Translations under genes and position numbers: made by a program
In this document: positions 58,954 to 64,000 of the stretch, piece after piece
Layout of the letters: every line of letters begins with the position of its first letter
How positions within the stretch are numbered: the first letter of the stretch is position 1
Source of the DNA: Deltaproteobacteria bacterium
GTDB taxonomy: Bacteria > Desulfobacterota > Desulfomonilia > UBA1062
DNA: 64,000 bases
Assembly (NCBI GenBank): GCA_011046135.1
Contig: DSBG01000137.1
Span: forward strand, 23,536 to 87,535
Direction: 5' to 3'
Notes under the pieces: generated by a model
Database searches by the model: none
Seen by the model: the letters and a program-made list of their open reading frames with translations, nothing else
Told to the model about the DNA's origin: nothing

Positions 58954-60030
58954 TTATCGCACTCCTTCCTTGAGACGGTAGACGTATGCGAGCACCTCCG
59001 CGACGGACTTATACCACTGCTCGGGAATACTTTCGCCGATATTCACGCTCGTAAAGAGCGCACGGGCCAAGGGTTTGTTTTCCACGATGGGAACGGAAGA
59101 AGAACGGGCAATGCTCTTGATTTTCTCTGCGACCACTCCTGCTCCTTTTGCCAGAACAACCGGCGCTATCATCTTGCCCCGTTCATAGTGCAAGGCCACT
59201 GCCAGGTGCGTGGGGTTGGTGATGACCACATCGGCCTTGGGGACCTCTCTCATCATCCTTCTCCTGGCCATATGGAGCTGAATTGAGCGGATTCTGCTCT
59301 TGATGAGGGGATTTCCCTCGATGTGCTTCATTTCATCCCTCACTTCCTGCTTTGACATCATTAAATCTTTCGTATGTTGCCATTTCTGAAACGTATAATC
59401 GGCGATGGCAATGATGATGAACACCCACAGGACGTCCCACAGGAGGTGGAGGATCGAGCGAAAATATGTCAATACAATGACGCTGGTGTCATGATCGATG
59501 AGGGGTGGAAAGACCGGGAGTTCTCTCCTGATGGCTCGGTAGGATGCAAACCCGATGACCAGGAGGATTAGGATGGTTTTAATCAGCGTTTGAAGGCTTC
59601 TGATCGAGAAGAACTTGTTTTTGAACCCCTTGATCGGGTTGATCTTTGAGAGCTTTGGTTTTATGGGTTCACCGCTGAAGATGACCCCGATTTGAATGAA
59701 ATTTGACGCAACGCCGATGGCAAGGAACACCACCAGAAGGGGTATGACGATGATGCCGAGATTGATGATGGCCTTCTGAAAAATGGTGACGAGCTCTTCT
59801 GAGGAGCCGTCCCACGCCGAGGTGTTCTGCAGGTAAGAGCTTACAAGAGCCTCGAGTTTCGATGCCACGACAGGGAAGTAGAAATAGAAGGAAATAAGGG
59901 TGCCCAGGAACAACAGAGAGGTGGAAACCTCAACGCTTTTGCATACTTGGCCTTTCTCCCGGGATTCCTGTATCCGTTTCGTGGTAGGCTGTTCAGATCG
60001 CTCCTGACCGCTCTCGTTCTCTTTGGCCAT
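58954..60030 (-). CDS. flhB: Flagellar export protein FlhB
   Basis: ERSEQPT.KR..RE.GQV, EGNP.IKSR, the NPTH autocleavage site and LARAL; start at ATG 60030. Confidence 0.96.
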   Translation of the reverse strand: MAKENESGQERSEQPTTKRIQESREKGQVCKSVEVSTSLLFLGTLISFYFYFPVVASKLEALVSSYLQNTSAWDGSSEELVTIFQKAIINLGIIVIPLLVVFLAIGVASNFIQIGVIFSGEPIKPKLSKINPIKGFKNKFFSIRSLQTLIKTILILLVIGFASYRAIRRELPVFPPLIDHDTSVIVLTYFRSILHLLWDVLWVFIIIAIADYTFQKWQHTKDLMMSKQEVRDEMKHIEGNPLIKSRIRSIQLHMARRRMMREVPKADVVITNPTHLAVALHYERGKMIAPVVLAKGAGVVAEKIKSIARSSSVPIVENKPLARALFTSVNIGESIPEQWYKSVAEVLAYVYRLKEGVR

Positions 60031-60041
60031 GGGAGGTCTTC

Positions 60042-60058
60042 TGCGAAAATCGTACCAG
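60042..60058 (-). promoter_or_regulatory. Sigma54 (-24/-12) promoter of the flhB operon
   Basis: Minus strand CTGGTAC-GATTT-TCGCA (GG-N10-GC); AT-rich tract about 80-130 bp upstream. Confidence 0.65.
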
Positions 60059-60214
60059 ACCCCCCCCATGATGCTTCCTGCCGGTGGTACTGCGGTGACG
60101 GACAGAACTCTGGAACAGCCTGCGTGAGAGCAGGTTTAAGAGATATTTAAACTATACATGCTTGAAAATTTATGTCAGAAACAAACACAGGAATGATTGT
60201 GTAAGAGAAAACCG

Positions 60215-60664
60215 ATGAGCGGGAGTGTTCTTGTGAAGAGCCTGAGGGAATTACGAAAAGCCAAGGGACTGACCATGGAGCAGCTTGCCTCCATAAGCGG
60301 GGTTTCCCTGAAGACCATCTCTCTGTATGAGCACACCCCACCAAGGAGGCCAGGCAGAAAGGTGATTTCAAAACTTTCCGATGCCTTCGAGATGAGCCCG
60401 GAAGAACTTCTGGAGATCCTTTCTTCGAGAAAGGGAGGTTCGTCCGATTACGAGAGCGGCTCCGATGAACAAGAGAGCATACTCATCGAAGAGATTCACG
60501 TATCCAGGCTCCTGTCCCTCATCGATCGGGAGATCTCGGAGCTGAGGCACCTCATGGTTGAGTGTGCGTCTCTTTCTGAGGGAAATCCTGCCCTGGCACG
60601 GAACTGTGACTATATTTCCGCAGACATCGATCTGCTCATGTCCCTCAGGGAAAGGTTCCAGTGA
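60215..60664 (+). CDS. XRE-family HTH transcriptional regulator
   Basis: LRELRKAKGLTMEQLA..SGVS..TIS.YE pattern; short helical C-terminal domain. Confidence 0.82.
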   Translation: MSGSVLVKSLRELRKAKGLTMEQLASISGVSLKTISLYEHTPPRRPGRKVISKLSDAFEMSPEELLEILSSRKGGSSDYESGSDEQESILIEEIHVSRLLSLIDREISELRHLMVECASLSEGNPALARNCDYISADIDLLMSLRERFQ

Positions 60665-60836
60665 GCCTGGACAGGACGGAGAGGCGTGCCCATGAGAGAC
60701 TGCCCGGGGGGATCACGGGAAAAGGCTTTGGGTGCCCCAGGTAAGAAAATCATGAAACAGGGAGTGAGAAGGAGCGGTTCCAGGGGATCCTTCAGGGACG
60801 AAACCCCAGGCCAGGTGAACATGCCTCGGGCTGAAG

Positions 60837-61502
60837 ATGATTATCCTCGATAACGTAAGCAAGGTCTACCACGAAACCGTACATGCCCTCAGGGATGTTT
60901 CCCTGCACGTGGAAAAGGGCGAATTCTGCTTTCTCCTGGGTCCTTCAGGAGCGGGAAAGAGCACGCTGCTCAAGCTGATCTTCGGTCTGGAACATCCGTC
61001 GCAGGGCTCGGTATATGTGAAAAACAGGAATGTCGAGATCCTTGAGAGATCACAGAGGCAGGCTCTCAGGCGGCATACGGGATTCGTGTTTCAGGACTTC
61101 CGGCTCATCGATGATTGGACCGTGTACAGCAACGCAGCCAGTATTCTCGAGATCCAGGGAAAATCCCACGTGGCTATCCGGAGTCGTGTCTGGAGAATGC
61201 TCAAGTGGGTGGGCCTCCAGCACAAGGTCTATGAACGGGCAGGGAATCTCTCCGGTGGTGAGCGACAGCGACTGGCGCTGGTCAGGGCAATTATCGGGGA
61301 TCCTGATCTTCTCCTGGCGGATGAACCCTTCGGAAGTCTCGATGATGAGATGACGCGTTACATGATGAACATGTTTTTCAAGCTTCACAAGAAGGGGATG
61401 ACAATTGTCCTCGCCAGCCACAGGGAAGATCCCCTTCTGGATTACGTACGGGTTCTCCGTCTCGAAAGGGGAGTTTTGATCTCGGAAAAGGACGGAACGT
61501 GA
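60837..61502 (+). CDS. ftsE: Cell division ABC ATPase FtsE
   Basis: GPSGAGKSTLLKLI, VFQDFRL, LSGGERQR and LLADEP motifs; ftsEX-envC synteny. Confidence 0.9.
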   Translation: MIILDNVSKVYHETVHALRDVSLHVEKGEFCFLLGPSGAGKSTLLKLIFGLEHPSQGSVYVKNRNVEILERSQRQALRRHTGFVFQDFRLIDDWTVYSNAASILEIQGKSHVAIRSRVWRMLKWVGLQHKVYERAGNLSGGERQRLALVRAIIGDPDLLLADEPFGSLDDEMTRYMMNMFFKLHKKGMTIVLASHREDPLLDYVRVLRLERGVLISEKDGT

Positions 61503-62368
61503 TGATGATTGCGCACAGCCTCAGACTCATCGGCAGGGGCATTTCCCTCCGGCCATGGGGGAGTCTCCTTACCCTGGTGGCGTGCTGGTTTGCCCTGACC
61601 CAGCTCCTGCTGGTGATCTTCGCGGTGCTCATTGCGGGAAGAACGACCCTTCTTCCCGGGACGACGGGATCCATGGTGGCCTACCTCTCCGATACGGTGG
61701 AACAGGAATCTGCCCAGGTGATACGGGAGAAGATCGCTGAACTGCCGGAGATATCTGGAATGGTATCCATCCCCAGGGAAGAAGGACTTCAACGGATTCG
61801 TGAATGGCTCGGACCGGGCAGTTCTCTGACAGACGGCCTTGATCCCTCCGTCCTTCCCAATGCTCTGGAGATCAAGATAAAGCCGCAGCACGAAGGTGAG
61901 ATTGCACGTATTGCAGCAGCCGTCGAAAAGATTCCCGGTGTCGGCGACGTGCGGTATCACAGGGGGATTCTCGCCTCTATCGCAGGGGCATTCCGGACGA
62001 TCCTGGCAAGCTCCGTGGTAATCTCCGCCGTGGTCATCGTCTGCCTGAGCCTCGTCATCTTTCTTTCCGTCCGGGTAGGCATCATCTTGAGGCGCCAGGA
62101 GATCGAGGTCCTCACGATCCTGGGGGCCCGGGACAGCTATCTCTATGCCCCGTACCTCCTCGAGGCAGGAATGCAGGCACTGGTCGGAGCAGCCCTGGCT
62201 CTTGCGGGCGTGGACCTCTTCATTACCTATCTCCACGCCCGATCTGATCTGTGTGCAGAACTGATCCCCGAGGTATCTCTGATCCATGTCGTCGGGGTCA
62301 TGTCCTTTGCCTGTCTGTGCAGCCTGGCCGGGGCCGTACTGGCCTTGAGAAAGAGCATCTATGGGTAG
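61499..62368 (+). CDS. ftsX: Cell division permease FtsX
   Basis: TM1, periplasmic loop (LP..LEI, IPGV..V.Y), RRQEIEVL.ILGA and PYLLE motifs. Confidence 0.85.
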   Translation: MMMIAHSLRLIGRGISLRPWGSLLTLVACWFALTQLLLVIFAVLIAGRTTLLPGTTGSMVAYLSDTVEQESAQVIREKIAELPEISGMVSIPREEGLQRIREWLGPGSSLTDGLDPSVLPNALEIKIKPQHEGEIARIAAAVEKIPGVGDVRYHRGILASIAGAFRTILASSVVISAVVIVCLSLVIFLSVRVGIILRRQEIEVLTILGARDSYLYAPYLLEAGMQALVGAALALAGVDLFITYLHARSDLCAELIPEVSLIHVVGVMSFACLCSLAGAVLALRKSIYG

Positions 62369-63410
62369 AGTGCTCTGGTTCACGGTGATTTTTTCCCTCC
62401 TTGGCCTGCTTTCTGGCAACGCTGACGATACCGGGTTGATCGAAGCCCTCGAGAACAAGCTCAAGGCCGTTGAGTCACAGAGAAAGTCCCAGGTAAAAGA
62501 GATGAAGGTCATCGACAGGAAGATTTCCTCACTGCACCATGCGATCGCCAGGGTGCGAGCAGACATTACCAAGACCACCGCTTCGATAGGCTCCTCTCAG
62601 GAACAGATCGATGGCCTGCGGGAACAAATAGAACGCTCCCGGGGGCACATCGATCAGATGTGGGTAAGCCTCTACAAGGGCTCGTTTATCGACATGGTGA
62701 ACATCGCCTGTTCCCGTGCCGAATACGCGGGATACGTCCAGGCCATAATGGGCCATTACCTCTCGGAACTGGAACATATTCAGGACCTGGAAGGTCAGCT
62801 CGTTGATGCCAGACAGCGCCTCGACCGCGCCATGGAAGAGCAGAGCGGGAACCTGAAGGATCTCGAGAAAAAAATGCAGTCCCTCCACGCTCAGCGGGAG
62901 AGGAAGGAGAGGCTCCTGGCATCGCTGAGCAGAGAATCGAAAAGTTACTCCGAAGAGATGAAGCGGCTGCTCGAACGACTCGATGCGCGAAGCCCGGAGT
63001 CAAGAACAGGGATCATGCTGAAAAAGGGGGTCCTGCCCTGGCCCGTGAAGGGAAAGGTGCTCAGAGCGTTCGGAAAATACACGCAGGGGGGGTTTGAGCA
63101 GATGTCCAACGGTATCGATATCATGGCGCTCGAAGGATCCCTCATACACAGCATCTTCCCGGGAAAAGTCGTGTTCTTCAACTGGATCGCCAGTTTGGGC
63201 AACACCATGATCCTGGATCATGGCAACGGATATTACTCGATATACGGACATCTGCAGGATGCACTCATCCCCCCCGGGCAGGATGTTGTGGAAGGAGACC
63301 CCATCGCCGTGCTGGGGCAGAGCGGGGATGCCGCCTCTCCGATGCTGCACTTCGAGATACGCTTCAGGGACAAACCCCAGGACCCGATGAAGTGGCTCCT
63401 CGGGGACTGA
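62361..63410 (+). CDS. envC: Murein hydrolase activator EnvC (coiled coil + M23)
   Basis: Signal peptide, long coiled coil, LPWPVKG, NGIDI, SIYGHL and LHFEIR motifs. Confidence 0.85.
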   Translation: MGRVLWFTVIFSLLGLLSGNADDTGLIEALENKLKAVESQRKSQVKEMKVIDRKISSLHHAIARVRADITKTTASIGSSQEQIDGLREQIERSRGHIDQMWVSLYKGSFIDMVNIACSRAEYAGYVQAIMGHYLSELEHIQDLEGQLVDARQRLDRAMEEQSGNLKDLEKKMQSLHAQRERKERLLASLSRESKSYSEEMKRLLERLDARSPESRTGIMLKKGVLPWPVKGKVLRAFGKYTQGGFEQMSNGIDIMALEGSLIHSIFPGKVVFFNWIASLGNTMILDHGNGYYSIYGHLQDALIPPGQDVVEGDPIAVLGQSGDAASPMLHFEIRFRDKPQDPMKWLLGD

Positions 63411-63489
63411 CGTAGTTGGTGTTTCGTGCTCAGGTTATCTGTGCTATAGAACGATAAGAACGCTATCGAAGACACTCTTAGAGGTACCT

Positions 63490-64000
63490 ATGAAAACTAA
63501 CAAGATCATCGTGCTGGGAATAGTTGTTTTTGCCTTCAGTCTTGCCGTCTTTTTCCTGCACTCCACCAAGATCCTCAATGCGGAAACGTCGAGCGTGTAC
63601 AGAGAACTTCAAAAGTTCTCTGACTGTCTCGATATCATCCAGAAGAATTATGTCGAAGATGTCCCCGCCACGAAACTCATCGAGGGGGCGATCCGGGGGA
63701 TGACCTCGGTGCTGGATCCCCACTCGAGCTACCTGAGCAGGGAAGAATACCGTGAGATGCAGATCAGTACCACGGGGACCTTCGGCGGGCTCGGTATTGA
63801 GATCGGCCTTCGTGACAATATTCTGACGGTCATCTCCCCCATCGAGGGAACCCCCGCATTCGAGGCAGGGATCCTTCCGGGGGACAGGGTCCTCAAGATC
63901 GGGGAAACGTCCACCACGGACATGACCCTGCAGGAGGCCGTCAAACTCCTGAGGGGACCGAAGGGAACGAAGGTGACCATCACGATATCACGGGAGACGG
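63490..64000 (+). CDS. S41 C-terminal processing protease (CtpA/Prc), partial at the window edge
   Basis: Manual translation MKTNKIIV...YVE...GAIRGM...LDPHSSYL...FGGLGIEI...SPIEGTPA (PDZ). Not in the supplied ORF track. Confidence 0.9.
   Translation, partial: MKTNKIIVLGIVVFAFSLAVFFLHSTKILNAETSSVYRELQKFSDCLDIIQKNYVEDVPATKLIEGAIRGMTSVLDPHSSYLSREEYREMQISTTGTFGGLGIEIGLRDNILTVISPIEGTPAFEAGILPGDRVLKIGETSTTDMTLQEAVKLLRGPKGTKVTITISRET

Noticed and set aside
1-64000. CRISPR arrays, rRNA, IS elements, prophage, long tandem repeats
   Set aside because: None seen. Intergenic gaps are all about 300 nt or less and show no periodic repeats or transposase/phage motifs.

Overview
A gene-dense, GC-rich bacterial chromosomal segment of mostly housekeeping genes. 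Gene content and order suggest an anaerobic deltaproteobacterium (Desulfobacterota-like); that placement is inference. About 68 CDSs are supported. They cover: glycogen and ribosome-modification genes (response regulator-glgC-rimO); exbBD; a PSP1/RicT-metG-small protein-HDOD-GGDEF-purB-pyrE run; tsaD; rsmA; a secreted S8 protease; a thiolase; xerC-hslVU; yhaM; the kdsA-kdsC-lptCAB-rpoN-hpf-ptsN operon; ssb; an aminotransferase; two convergent GT-C glycosyltransferases; rph-rdgB-archease-rtcB; rplY; greA; a cobalamin/iron ABC transporter; fdhE; tatBC; lpxC-ntrYX-radical SAM-radC; rmuC; a flagellar/chemosensory operon (flhB-flhA-flhF-flhG-fliA-cheY-fliL-HEAT-HDOD-cheR-cheY-like); an XRE regulator; and ftsEX-envC-ctpA. 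I found no rRNA, tRNA, CRISPR array, prophage or transposase. The most unusual signals are regulatory: (1) repeated promoter-to-start-codon geometry with no Shine-Dalgarno, pointing to leaderless mRNAs, including an apparently sigma54-driven leaderless flhB; (2) a complete sigma54 enhancer/IHF/promoter layout in front of a protease with a GG-C C-terminal sorting signal; (3) a GraL-like terminator in the greA leader; (4) a receptor-less and kinase-less HEAT-HDOD-CheR-CheY module. All calls come from reading motifs by eye, with no database searches.
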